Positions 18,924-29,297 of a DNA stretch of 64,000 nucleotides are shown here, in pieces. Every line of letters starts with the position of its first letter. Within the stretch, counting starts at the first letter, position 1. The translations under genes were made by a program, and so were the position numbers. Under the pieces are notes generated by a model, which had not been told where the DNA came from, did not search any database, and saw only the letters and a program-made list of their open reading frames with translations. Source of the stretch: an uncultured Gemmatimonadales bacterium (GTDB lineage: Bacteria > Gemmatimonadota > Gemmatimonadetes > Longimicrobiales > RSA9); contig CAWCRS010000003.1 of NCBI GenBank assembly GCA_963798085.1, positions 96,001-160,000 of the forward strand, given 5' to 3'.

Positions 18924-20465
18924 CTATTTCGCGACCAGCTTGTCCAGCACGTCCCACGCCGTGAGCGGGAGATGCTCGGCGGCGAAGCGCTGCGGTGTGA
19001 TGCCTGCGCGATGCGCCGCGTTCCATACTTCACTGCCGTACTGCGTCGGCTGGCGCACGGTCTGCACGAAATCGCTGGCCCAGAGGTACTGGTCGCCGGG
19101 GATCCACGCGATCAGCGCGCCTTCGCTGGCCGCGCCATCGATCGGGTAGAGATGGATGCGCCCTCCGGCGAGTGACAGCGAATCGGTCAGCGTCTGGATG
19201 CGCAGCTGCGCGCCACGCGGCGCATTGCTCTTCTCCAGCGCATCGGGCGCGAGCGTCCAGTGTCTGGCGGTGACCTGCTGCAGAAACCCGCGCGAGCCTT
19301 CGTGCGTCACTACGCGCGCGCCCCGTGCCACCCAGAAGCGCAACCCTGAAACGTGCGGCCACGCCAGGTCCGTGACCACGACCACAACCGGATGCCGGCC
19401 CGGGAACAGTGTGGCGATCCATGTGGAGTCGTCGCGGGCCCGACTCTCACCACTCGTCGCGTCCAGCAGGTACACGGTGTCACGCTGCAGCGTGACGGTC
19501 TCGGTGTAAGCTCGTGTTATAAGCAGGAACGTCTGCGCACTGACACGCACGGTGTCGGGCTTGTCCGCCGCCCCCGGGAAGCCCGCCGCTGCGGGGGATG
19601 GCGCCGCGGCCGCCATGCCTTCCGGCGGATTCAGCCGCGGCGCACTGGCGCGGTCGATCAGCGCGAGCGTCGGGCCGGAGACCGTCTGGCTGATCACGGT
19701 CTCGCCATCTTCCACACGGAACACGGCGCCCGGATACGCACCTCCGCCAACCGGCGTGATCCAGGTCGAATAGACGTACTCAATGTGCTGCTGGCCCCAC
19801 AGGTAATGCGACTGCTCGTACTCGACCTTGAGCGGATAGCCGGACTTCGGGTCGAGGTACAGCCGCTCGTGTGCTGTGCCCTCGCCACGCTCGAACACGC
19901 TGCGCCAGTAGTCGCGATACTTGCACTCGCCCGCGTATCGAACACCGCTGTCAGCATGCCAGTCGAGCAGGGTCGTCCACGGGTCCAGCCGCCGTGTGTC
20001 GCGACTCAAGACGGGGAAGGCACGGAAGATCGTGTCGCGCACGCCCCAGGTTCCTGTGGCCGTGCTCACAGTCTCGGCGCGGCCCGCACCGCCGCTGCCC
20101 GGCCAGATGGTTTCGTTGCCAATGCGTTCGGCGCCGGTGCGCGGGTCGATCCAGTACTCGGGTGTGCGGATCGCGGTGAGGTACGGCGGATACCAGCGGT
20201 CGGACTGCTCACGCGCCGAACCCGCCTGCCCGGCCTTGAAGTGCAGCACGCGATCGCCTGCCGCGCGCACGCCCATCACCGTCAGCGCCCGCTCCAGCGC
20301 CTCGCCCGGCTCCACTGCCCTGCCCGCGCGACACGCCTCCTGCGCCTGCTGCGGTGCGGGATAACCAGGTGTTGGGTTACGGCTGGTGTTGGGGTCTGGC
20401 GCGTGTGCCGCGAGCAGGGCGGCCAGCGCGAGGGGGAGCGCTACGGCAGATCTCGTCAGCATCAT
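18924..20465 (-). CDS. Secreted protein with degenerate C-terminal metallo-beta-lactamase-like fold
   Basis: Signal peptide; LLDA...FPGRHPVVVVVTDLAWPHVSGLR...WASD matches the MBL layout but lacks HxHxDH. Confidence 0.6.
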   Translation of the reverse strand: MMLTRSAVALPLALAALLAAHAPDPNTSRNPTPGYPAPQQAQEACRAGRAVEPGEALERALTVMGVRAAGDRVLHFKAGQAGSAREQSDRWYPPYLTAIRTPEYWIDPRTGAERIGNETIWPGSGGAGRAETVSTATGTWGVRDTIFRAFPVLSRDTRRLDPWTTLLDWHADSGVRYAGECKYRDYWRSVFERGEGTAHERLYLDPKSGYPLKVEYEQSHYLWGQQHIEYVYSTWITPVGGGAYPGAVFRVEDGETVISQTVSGPTLALIDRASAPRLNPPEGMAAAAPSPAAAGFPGAADKPDTVRVSAQTFLLITRAYTETVTLQRDTVYLLDATSGESRARDDSTWIATLFPGRHPVVVVVTDLAWPHVSGLRFWVARGARVVTHEGSRGFLQQVTARHWTLAPDALEKSNAPRGAQLRIQTLTDSLSLAGGRIHLYPIDGAASEGALIAWIPGDQYLWASDFVQTVRQPTQYGSEVWNAAHRAGITPQRFAAEHLPLTAWDVLDKLVAK

Positions 20466-20642
20466 GCGACACCGCGCGGTTCACATTTCCGTTGCTCGAT
20501 CCGCGCTCCGCCAGGGCCGGCGCGCGGCGACTGAATCTCGCGCGCCCGCCGGCCTGTCGTACATCAGCCAAAAGGTTGAATCGCGCAAGCGACGCGTGCC
20601 GGTCACCCCACCGCGTGGGGATGCCTGGCTGGCCACGAGTGC

Positions 20643-21998
20643 TTACGATTCGCCCGGGTAGAGGCGCAGCCGGATGGGGCGAGGCGTGTCTATCGCATCG
20701 ACGCGCAGCCGGACGCGGCGTACGGAAACGGGCGGGAAGCGGTCCAGCCTGCAGTAGCCAATGGTGGCGCCGCGCGACAGCGGTACCCATGCGCTGCCCG
20801 TGAAGCCCTCGAGTGCGTAAGCGCTGACGACCTGGCCGTGTGCAATGTCCTCGCGCAGGTCCGCAAGACCGACACTCGTGCTGCGGCCGAGATCCAGTTC
20901 CAGCGTGCCGGCGCGCGGACCCGCCGCACGCCAGCGGCCGTGCAGCCCGCGCGTGATGTCCTCCGCGAACAGCGCGTCCAGCCGCGAGCGCATGCCGGCC
21001 AGCCTCGCCACATCCATGTCGTGCAGCAGACCAGCCCGCGTGGGCGGCACGTTCAGCAGCAGTTTGGAATTGCGACCGACGGACGTGAAGTGCAGGCCGA
21101 CGAGGTTGTCCACGGTGCGGACTTTCTCGTCCTCCGCAGCGTGATGGAACCAGCCGGGCCGGATCGAGACATCGGTCTCGCCGGGCCGCCATACGGAGCC
21201 GGCCGGATCGCCGTGCTGCAGCATCTGCATCACGCCAGCGCCACTAACACCCGGCCAGGGCACCACGGCGGGATCGACCGTCGACCAGTCGGGATCCCCC
21301 GCCTCACCCGCCTCGTTGCCGATCCACCGCACATCCGGTCCCGCGTCCGAAAACATCACCGCTTCCGGCTGCAGCCGCCGCACCAGCGCCCAGAAGCGCG
21401 GCCAGTCGTACTGCTGGCGCCGGCCGTTCGGGCCTTCCCCGTTGGCGCCGTCGAACCACACCTCGTGCAGCCCGCCATAGCGCGTGAGCAGCTCGGTCAG
21501 CTGGTCGCAGTAGAAGTCGTTGTAGTGCGGCGAATCGCCGTAGACAGTGGCGTTGCGATCCCAGGGCGAGAGGTAGAGCCCGGGCTTGAGTCCCTCGGCG
21601 CGACAGGCATCCGTGAACTCGCGCACCACATCGCCCTGCCCGCCTCGCCAGGGACTCGACGCGACGGAATGCTGCGTGGTCTGCGTGGGCCAGAGGCAGA
21701 AGCCGTCGTGATGCTTGGCAGTGAGGATCATGGCGCGGAAGCCGGCCGCGCGCGCCGCCTTCGCCCACTGTCGCGCATCCAGTGCAGACGGCGCGAAGAG
21801 CTGCTCGTCCTCGCGACCATCGCCCCACTCGCGATCCGTGAACGTGTTCACGCCGAAGTGCAGGAACAGCGCGTGCTCGTCCTGCTGCCACGCCAGCTGC
21901 GCGGCGGAAGGCACAGGCCGGCGTATCGGCCGGCGCATTGACCCGCGGGCGAGCGGCGCTGCGGCGATCGCCGCGAGGAAACTGCGTCGCGTCAGCAC
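20643..21998 (-). CDS. Alpha-L-fucosidase GH29 with Tat signal
   Basis: TRRSFL Tat motif, FLHFGVNTF, LTAKHHDGFCLW, YLSPWD, VWFDGA, RWIGNE, SIRPGWF, SVGRNS.LLLNVPP. Confidence 0.9.
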   Translation of the reverse strand: MLTRRSFLAAIAAAPLARGSMRRPIRRPVPSAAQLAWQQDEHALFLHFGVNTFTDREWGDGREDEQLFAPSALDARQWAKAARAAGFRAMILTAKHHDGFCLWPTQTTQHSVASSPWRGGQGDVVREFTDACRAEGLKPGLYLSPWDRNATVYGDSPHYNDFYCDQLTELLTRYGGLHEVWFDGANGEGPNGRRQQYDWPRFWALVRRLQPEAVMFSDAGPDVRWIGNEAGEAGDPDWSTVDPAVVPWPGVSGAGVMQMLQHGDPAGSVWRPGETDVSIRPGWFHHAAEDEKVRTVDNLVGLHFTSVGRNSKLLLNVPPTRAGLLHDMDVARLAGMRSRLDALFAEDITRGLHGRWRAAGPRAGTLELDLGRSTSVGLADLREDIAHGQVVSAYALEGFTGSAWVPLSRGATIGYCRLDRFPPVSVRRVRLRVDAIDTPRPIRLRLYPGES

Positions 21999-22008
21999 GG
22001 CGGGTGCC

Positions 22009-23193
22009 TCACGCGATGCTGCGCAGGGCATCGAGGCGAGGCACGCGGCTCTTCGGACTGTCCAGGCTGAACGAGCGTGCGTCGCCCAGCTGATCGCGCA
22101 CGTACGACTGTGTCGCCTCCACCGCCGCATTGAGCGCCTTGTCCTTCACGCCGAACGTGGCCCACACGATGCGCTCGCTCCCCGGATCGTACTCCCACAG
22201 TCCGATGAGCCGGCCGCGATCGAGAATCGCGTGGTCCGGCAGGTCCACCAGCGAACCGCCCGCCACCGTCTTCTTCTCGACGACCAGCCTGCGCTCCCGG
22301 TCCGCCGGCTCTAACAGCGTGCTCAGCTCGCGTCGCGTGGCACTGATCGGGTCGAGACTGCTGACCAGCGCGTACTGCGGCTTGCCCGCCGCCTCGAAGC
22401 CAAGGAACGCCTCCGCATCCTCGGGCAGCAGGAGCCGCTCGCTGCCGGGCTCGGCGGGTACCAGCCCGAGCGGCTCCGCTGCTTCGCGGCAGGCCTTCAC
22501 GCCCAGCGCCGAGAACCACTGGAACTCGGCGAGCGTAGCCGGTCCCACCCAGCGGAAGAAGCGACGCGCCAGCTCCGTGTAGTCGCTTGCGCCGCCGTGC
22601 CGGCCCGCCAGCGGATTGGGCCGCCACAGCGCGTAGCGGTAGCGCTGCTGATCGAGGCGGCCGTTCACCGGGACGCGGCGGATCTCGCCGCTCGCCTGCA
22701 GCCGGCCGAGGGCGAGAGGCAGCGTCGTCGTCAGACCTTTCTTCTTCCCTTCTTCGCCAAGACTGCGCGAAGCCTTGCCAGTGGCATCCCGGATGCCGTC
22801 CGGATCGAGCGGCCCGGACGCCAGCGCCGACACCACGGCGGCGCTCAGCTTCTCGATTTCCTTTTCCGTAACACCGAGTTTCAGGGCCGTCTTCATGTCG
22901 GCCTCGGCGAACGCCTGGCCCACGCGCAACCCCAGGGCGAAGTCGCTGGCCGGCAGCACGTAGGTGCAGCCGCGGGCCGCGGGCAGCTCGTGGATCTCGA
23001 GCGCGGCCACCGCCCGGTCCGCCGCCTCGCGGCTCGTGCCGGCGCGCGCGAACAGCGTGAGGTAGGGCCCCACTCCGCCCACGCTTCTGGCCCAGCCGCA
23101 GCGCTCCAGCACCTGCGCCGGACTGCGGCCCTGCAGCGAGCCGTCCAGCCCCTGTCTGTGCCACCACCACGCCCGCAGCTTCTTCTCATCCAT
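22009..23193 (-). CDS. AlkZ/YcaQ (HTH_42) winged-helix DNA glycosylase-like protein
   Basis: HRQGL, LFAR, RGCTYV, LARRFFRWVGPATLAEFQWFS, LDP, ILDRGRLIGLW; size typical of the family. Confidence 0.7.
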   Translation of the reverse strand: MDEKKLRAWWWHRQGLDGSLQGRSPAQVLERCGWARSVGGVGPYLTLFARAGTSREAADRAVAALEIHELPAARGCTYVLPASDFALGLRVGQAFAEADMKTALKLGVTEKEIEKLSAAVVSALASGPLDPDGIRDATGKASRSLGEEGKKKGLTTTLPLALGRLQASGEIRRVPVNGRLDQQRYRYALWRPNPLAGRHGGASDYTELARRFFRWVGPATLAEFQWFSALGVKACREAAEPLGLVPAEPGSERLLLPEDAEAFLGFEAAGKPQYALVSSLDPISATRRELSTLLEPADRERRLVVEKKTVAGGSLVDLPDHAILDRGRLIGLWEYDPGSERIVWATFGVKDKALNAAVEATQSYVRDQLGDARSFSLDSPKSRVPRLDALRSIA

Positions 23194-23261
23194 GGCTGGC
23201 TCCATCATGCTCAGCGTGGGATCGCGTGCTCCGGAAGGCCGAAGCAGCATGTAACACGGTG

Positions 23262-25962
23262 TTACCGGACCATCAGCTCGCCGCGCAGCCGGATGTCCTT
23301 CGATGAGCTGCCGACCATGATGCGGAACGCGCCCGGCTCCACCACCCAGTGCCGGTCGCCATCCAGCATGTGCAGCTGATCCGGCCCCAGCGTGAACGAT
23401 ACCTCCTGCGACGCGCCCGGCTCCAGGTGGATGCGCTGGAACCCCTCCAGCTGCATTACCGGCCGGACGCGGGACGCGAGCACATCGCGAATGTAGAGCT
23501 GCACGACTTCATCACCGGCACGCGTGCCCGTGTTCTTCACCGTGCAGCGCACTGCCGTCGAGCCGTCGGCGCCAATCGGATCAGGCGAGAGCGAGAGATT
23601 CGCGTACTCGAATGTCGTGTAGCTCAGGCCGAAGCCGAAGGGGAACAGCGGCTGGCCCGTGAGGTCGACGTAGTCATCGCCTCGCCCCGTCGGCTCGTGG
23701 TTGTAGCGCAACGGCAGCTGGCCTTCCTCGATGGGGAACGTGACAGGCAGCCGGCCCGCCGGATCGGTATCGCCAAACAGCACGTCAGCCACCGCCTCGC
23801 CACCGGCCTCGCCCGGGTACCACGCGTCGACGACCGCCGCTACGCGCTCCAGCCAGCTCGACATGGTGATGGCGCTGCCGCCGATGAGCACGACGATCAC
23901 GGGCCGGCCCGTCGCAGCCACTGCCCGGATCAGCTCCTCCTGGTGCCCGGGCAGGCCGAGGCGCGCGCGGTCGCGGAACTCGCCTTCCTCGGCGCCCGCG
24001 ACGATGATGGCGACGCCGCTCCGTCGCGCCGCCGCCGCGGCGCTGTCGATCTTCACCTGCCAGTCGTTCGCGACGCCCGCATCCCACACGAGCTTCACAC
24101 GGGCATTGCCCGTGCTCTCGAAGTACTCGATGCGCAGTGCGTGCGCCGATCCGGGCGCCAGCGACACACTGGCGAGCCTGCTGCCGTACGACTGCTTGCG
24201 CCAGTTGTCGATCAGCAGCCTGCCATCCAGCCACAGGCGGTAGCCGTCATTGCCCTCAATGCCGAGGCGGCGCACGCCACTCGCCGGCGCCGTCAATGTG
24301 CCCGTCCAGCGCACCGAGTACCAGTCGAAAGGAATGCCGCGCGCCGGCGAATTCAGCGTCCAGCCGAAGTCGATGCGCGCATCCGTGCGCACCACGCGCG
24401 GCGCGCCTTGTAACCGGTTGTTATCGAAGTACTCGCCGTGCAGCCCGGGAGTTCTGCGGCCCTCCTCGCCGGACGCGAGCTGCGCCGCGGGCACCACGAC
24501 ATACTCGCGCGCGAAACGGCCCGGACCCGGAGCGTAGCGCACCCGAGCCTCGCCCAGCCGCGCGCGCAGCGCTTCGAGAATCGAGACAGGCTCCACACCC
24601 GGGCCGCTGTAGCCGCCCAGCCTCGCCGCCGCGGCATCCTCGCCGATTACCGCGACGCTGCGCACCGCTGCGGCGAGGGGCAGCGTGTTCCGTTCGTTGC
24701 GCAGCAGCACCATGCCTGCCGCCGCCGCGGCACGCGCCAGTGCCCGGTGCGCATCACTGCCATTCTCCAGCGCCGCGCTGTCCGCATCCACGTACGGCCA
24801 CTCGAACAGGCCCAGCTGGAATTTGGCGCGCAGCACGCGCGCCACCGCCGCGTCGATCACGGAATCGGCGATGAGGCCACGCCGGAACGCCTCGAGGTAC
24901 GGCCGGTGCTGCGCCCACGAAGACTGGAAGATCACGTCCAGTCCCGCGTCCAGCGCATCCTTCGCCGCCTGCGCCGTGCTCGGCTCGGTCATGTGCAGTA
25001 CGGTGGCGCCACCGGTCGCGGCCGCATCCGGAGATGACGAAGCCCTTGAAGCCCCACGCGCGCCTCAGCACGTCTGTCAGCAGCCAGCGACTCTGCGTGG
25101 CGGGCGCACCGGCGACCGAGTTGTACGCAGTCATGATGGAGCCCGCGCCTGCGTCCAGCGCCGCGCGGAAGGGTGGGAAGTACAGTTCCTCGAGCTGCCG
25201 CTCATTGTCGTTGATCGGGTAGCTGTCGCGGCCACCCTCGCCCACGTTCGCAACAAGGTGTTTGGGTGTGACGACAATGCCTGCGCGCGCGAGCTCGCCC
25301 GTGAACGCCGCCGCCATGCGGCTCGCCAGCCACGGATCCTCGCCGTACGTCTCCTCGACGCGGCCCCAGCGCACATCGGTGGCGAGGTTGACGACGGGCG
25401 AGAGCACCTGGCGGATGCCGCGACGCCTGACCTCCTGCGCGATGGCGCCGGATACCCGCCGCATGAGCGCCGTGTCGAAGCTGGCAGCGAGCGAAATCGC
25501 GGAAGGGAACACGGTCGCGCCGGCACGCGTGAGACCGTGCACCGCCTCATCGAAGGGAATGATGGGAATGCCCAGCCGCGTGCGTTCCACGAAAAAACGC
25601 TGGATGTCGTTGATGCGCTGGGCGTGCCGGCGAGCGGTGGCGGCGGCCGCCTCACGGAATGCGGCAGGCGACGACAGTGCCGCCGGCGATCGGGCCGCTG
25701 CGCCCGCGGTGTCCGGCGCCGTCCCGATCTGGAGCCCGAACACGCCGTTAGACCAGTCCTGTGCGGCGTCGTCGAGGTCGCCCGGTACCATGAACAGCTG
25801 CCAGAACTTCTCTTCCAGCGTCATGCGCCCCAGCAGATCCTTCACGCGCTGCTCCACGGGCACGCCGGGATCGCGGTAGGCGGGCAGCTGCGCGCAGGCA
25901 GGTGGTGCGGAAACCAGCAGGGCAGCCAGCACGGCCGCGCCGCAAAGCGAACACCGGCGCAT
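23262..25962 (-). CDS. GH3 beta-glucosidase with PA14 and Fn3-like domains, one frameshift near 25030
   Basis: RLGIP..DEAVHG, RWGRVEETYGEDP, KHLV, GFVIS/DA broken by an extra C; PA14 (YSVRWTG, NDGYRL), EGEFRDR, PFGFGLSYT. Confidence 0.9.
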
Positions 25963-27050
25963 CAGGAGTGCTTCGTCGCCTGCGACGTCGTGCCATCAGT
26001 GGCGCCGCCCGGATTCTCGTTGGCACCCACATGCTTGTGCAGCCAGTCCGTGGTGGCGTCGTGCAGCGGAATGGGCGCGGCGTAGAGGTTCGTCAGCTTG
26101 ATCTGACCCGCAATGTCGACCGCCTGCCGCAGCGCCGGCATCTCCTCCGCCAGGATGTCCAGCACGTGATTGACGACGTTCCTGTCGAGATCATCGCGCG
26201 CCACGATCCAGTTGAGCACGGAAACCGTTGGCAGCGGTTTCGTGAGCCCCGGATAGCTGCCCGCAGGCAGCGAGCTGACCGAGTAGTAGGCGTAGTGGTG
26301 CGATAGCTGTGTGGCGTGCGCCGAGTCGATGGGCAGCAGGTGCACGCGACCCGTGGTCGTCGCCTCCAGCACCGCGGACGCCGGATAGCCAATGGACAGG
26401 ATCGCGGCATCGATCGCGCCGTCCGCCAGTGCCGATGCCGATTCCGTGAACGAAAGGTAGCGCGTCTGCACGTCGTTGAAGCTCAACCCGTACGCCTCGA
26501 GCACGTGCTTCGCCACTTCTTCCGTGCCGCCACCACCCGGTCCCACCGAAACGCGCTTGCCGCGCAGGTCTGCAATCGCGCTGATGGACGCGCCGTCACG
26601 CACCAGCACGTGCGTCTGATTCGGATAGAGCGGGGCGACGACGCGCAGCCGCGTGACCGGCTCCTTGAAATCGCCGCCACCGTTGTACGCCTCGTAAACC
26701 GTCGTGCCGATCGCGAAACCGAGGTCCATCTCGCCGCGCATGATGCGCTGGATGTTCTCCACCGAGCCGCCCGTCACTTCCGCCGTGTACGTGTGGCTGG
26801 TGTCGCGCAGACTCAGCCGGCTCGCCAGTGTTCCGCCGATCGGATAGTAGACGCCACCCGTGCCCGCCGTGCCCAGACTCAGAAACCGCCGCGGCCCCGC
26901 CCCTTTCTCTCCGCCGCACGCCAGCGCCAGCACAACAGCACAACAGATCCAGCGCGAGGAGCGCAATGCACGCAGGGTGCTTCCAGACGCTCTGCGGCCG
27001 GTTCGGTCATGCAGCTTGCTGGGGTGCGACACCGTCACATTCATGCCCAT
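25962..27050 (-). CDS. TAXI-family TRAP transporter solute-binding lipoprotein
   Basis: LAC lipobox; GTAGTGGVYYPIG, TGGSVEN, LRGKRVSVG..G.GT, PIPLH; start uncertain. Confidence 0.9.
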   Translation of the reverse strand: MGMNVTVSHPSKLHDRTGRRASGSTLRALRSSRWICCAVVLALACGGEKGAGPRRFLSLGTAGTGGVYYPIGGTLASRLSLRDTSHTYTAEVTGGSVENIQRIMRGEMDLGFAIGTTVYEAYNGGGDFKEPVTRLRVVAPLYPNQTHVLVRDGASISAIADLRGKRVSVGPGGGGTEEVAKHVLEAYGLSFNDVQTRYLSFTESASALADGAIDAAILSIGYPASAVLEATTTGRVHLLPIDSAHATQLSHHYAYYSVSSLPAGSYPGLTKPLPTVSVLNWIVARDDLDRNVVNHVLDILAEEMPALRQAVDIAGQIKLTNLYAAPIPLHDATTDWLHKHVGANENPGGATDGTTSQATKHS

Positions 27051-27320
27051 TCACTCCGCTCCATCACGTCTGATTCACGACGAGACTGATTCAGAATCGA
27101 CGATCACATCACCGACCGTGATCTCCATGTGCCGGAAACGCTTCGAGTGGCTCTGCGGGTGCGTCCCTTCATGCCATTTCTGTCGTGACTCCGTCACATG
27201 CGTACCCGTTCACCCCGCGTGCCGCAACTCTGTTTCTGGAAGAGCGCGATCCTGCTGCGTCAGATTCAAGGCGATTCACTTCGAGCGTGAAAGATACACG
27301 AGAATGCCCGGACGATGATG

Positions 27321-29297
27321 TCAATTCCCACGCTCGACACGCACGGATGTGATCTTCCAGTCCGTAATTCCCGCCGCATTCCCCGCGCCCTCCGCAATCT
27401 CCGCGGTGAAGAGCCGCGGAGACTGGAAGAGGAGACTCACGACAATGAGGAGCCCGACCGTGTCCGTGATCCAGCCGGGAAAGATGAGGAGTACTGCGCC
27501 CACGGTCATGAGCAGTCGCTCCCAGGTCGCGAGCGAGCGGCGGGCATGGCCGATGACCGCTGCGCCCAGACTGATGACGCCGAGCAGTGCGCCCAGCACC
27601 GCGACCACAATGGTGCTCGTGGCCCCCGTGAGCAGCAGCGGCGGGCCGTACACGAACATGAACGGCACAATGAAGCCCGATGACGCCAGCGCCATGGCCG
27701 TGAAACCCGTCTTCACCGGCGAGGCACCCGCAATGCCGGCCGATGCGTATGCGGCCAGTGCCACCGGGGGCGTGATGTTGGATATGCAGCCGAAGTAGAA
27801 GATGAAGAGGTGCGCGGCCAGCAGGGGTGCGCCCAGCTGCACCAGTGCGGGCGCACCCAGCGCCGCCAGCACGACGTAGGCGGCCGTCGTCGGCATGCCC
27901 ATGCCCAGCACCAGTGAGCCCAGCGCCGTGAGAATGAGCGCCCCGAACAGGTGTCCGCCGGACAGCGTGATGATCAGCTCGGACATGCGCAGCCCGATGC
28001 CCGTGAGCGAGGCCACGCCTACCACGATGCCGGCCGTGGCGCACGCGGCCGCCACCTGCACCGTCCCCGCACCGCCTGCTATGACCGCGTTAGCCAGCGC
28101 GTGCCGGCTCAGCCGGGTCTGCCGGCGCAGCAGCGACAGCGCCACGGTGCTGACCACCGCCCAGAACGCCGCGCGCATGGGCGAACGGCCCTCGCTCAGC
28201 AGTACCACGATCACCAGCAGGGGCAGCAGCAGGTGCAGGCGAGGCAGCACGCTCTCGCCCCGCAACGACTCGCCGCGTGGCAGCTGCATGCGCACCGCAC
28301 GGAAATGGATGGCCGCCAGCAGCGCGACGTAGAAGAGCAGCGCGGGCACCAGTGCGGCCAGCGCGACGCGTGCATAGGGGATCCCCGTCCACGTGGCCAG
28401 GATGAACGCGCCGGCGCCCATGACCGGCGGCATGATCTGGCCGCCCGTGCTCGCCACCGCTTCGATGGCCGCCGCAAAGTACGCGCGGAATCCCGCGCGC
28501 TTCATGAGTGGAATCGTGAACGTGCCGACGGTCACGACATTGGCCACGGCGCTGCCCGAGATCGAGCCCATCAGCGCGCTCGCCACGGTCGCAGTCATTG
28601 CGGGTGCGCCGCGCAGCCGACCCGCGACACGCGCTGCCAGTGCAATGAGCAGGGCGCCGCCGCCACTGGCCTCGAGCAGTGCGCCGAACAGCACGAACAG
28701 GTACACGAAATCCGCCGACACGCCGAGCGGAATGCCCCAGATGCCTTCGCTCGTCAGATACAGGTGCTCGATGAGCCGGCGCGGACCGTAGCCGCGGTGC
28801 GCCAGCATGCCGGGCAGGTGCGGGCCGGCCCACGCGTACAGCAGCGCCAGCAGCGCGACCACCACGAGGCCCCATCCCGTCGTGCGTCGCGTCAGCTCCA
28901 GCACCACGAGCAGCGCCAGCGCGCCGGCCACCAGATCGAGCATCGTCGCCTGACCCGAACGCCGTACCAGCGCCTCGTGCTCCACCGCAATGTAGAGGAA
29001 TGCGAACACGGCTGTCAGCACGAGCAGCACGCGCCAGACGCGGTCGGTGCGCTGCCACGCGACGGCAGCCCGAGGCGGCGTCGTCGCCTGCAATGACGTG
29101 CCCGACGATGGCACCGGCGCTTCCGATTGCATTCCCGGACTGAGGCCCAGAAAGCCCAGCAGCGTCATGAGCAGCAGGTGCACGGGACGCTGCACCATGG
29201 CGGTGAACGGCTCGACACCCGCCGCCCACAGGTGGAACCCGGCGGCCGCGCCCGCCACCCCCAGGATGGCGAGGCGATGGGACTGCTGGCGCGTCAC
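27321..29297 (-). CDS. TRAP fused 4TM/12TM permease (TAXI type)
   Basis: EGIWGIPLGVS, ISGSAVANV, STGGQIMPPVMGAGAF, LGMGMPTTAAY, ITPPVALA. Confidence 0.92.
   Translation of the reverse strand: MTRQQSHRLAILGVAGAAAGFHLWAAGVEPFTAMVQRPVHLLLMTLLGFLGLSPGMQSEAPVPSSGTSLQATTPPRAAVAWQRTDRVWRVLLVLTAVFAFLYIAVEHEALVRRSGQATMLDLVAGALALLVVLELTRRTTGWGLVVVALLALLYAWAGPHLPGMLAHRGYGPRRLIEHLYLTSEGIWGIPLGVSADFVYLFVLFGALLEASGGGALLIALAARVAGRLRGAPAMTATVASALMGSISGSAVANVVTVGTFTIPLMKRAGFRAYFAAAIEAVASTGGQIMPPVMGAGAFILATWTGIPYARVALAALVPALLFYVALLAAIHFRAVRMQLPRGESLRGESVLPRLHLLLPLLVIVVLLSEGRSPMRAAFWAVVSTVALSLLRRQTRLSRHALANAVIAGGAGTVQVAAACATAGIVVGVASLTGIGLRMSELIITLSGGHLFGALILTALGSLVLGMGMPTTAAYVVLAALGAPALVQLGAPLLAAHLFIFYFGCISNITPPVALAAYASAGIAGASPVKTGFTAMALASSGFIVPFMFVYGPPLLLTGATSTIVVAVLGALLGVISLGAAVIGHARRSLATWERLLMTVGAVLLIFPGWITDTVGLLIVVSLLFQSPRLFTAEIAEGAGNAAGITDWKITSVRVERGN

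Noticed and set aside
25020..25040. Programmed frameshift or pseudogene at the GH3 catalytic Asp
   Set aside because: Single extra base with no slippery site; similar 1-nt indels occur throughout the window
27051..27320. Small gene or ncRNA between the TRAP permease and TAXI genes
   Set aside because: No convincing ORF or stable structure recognised
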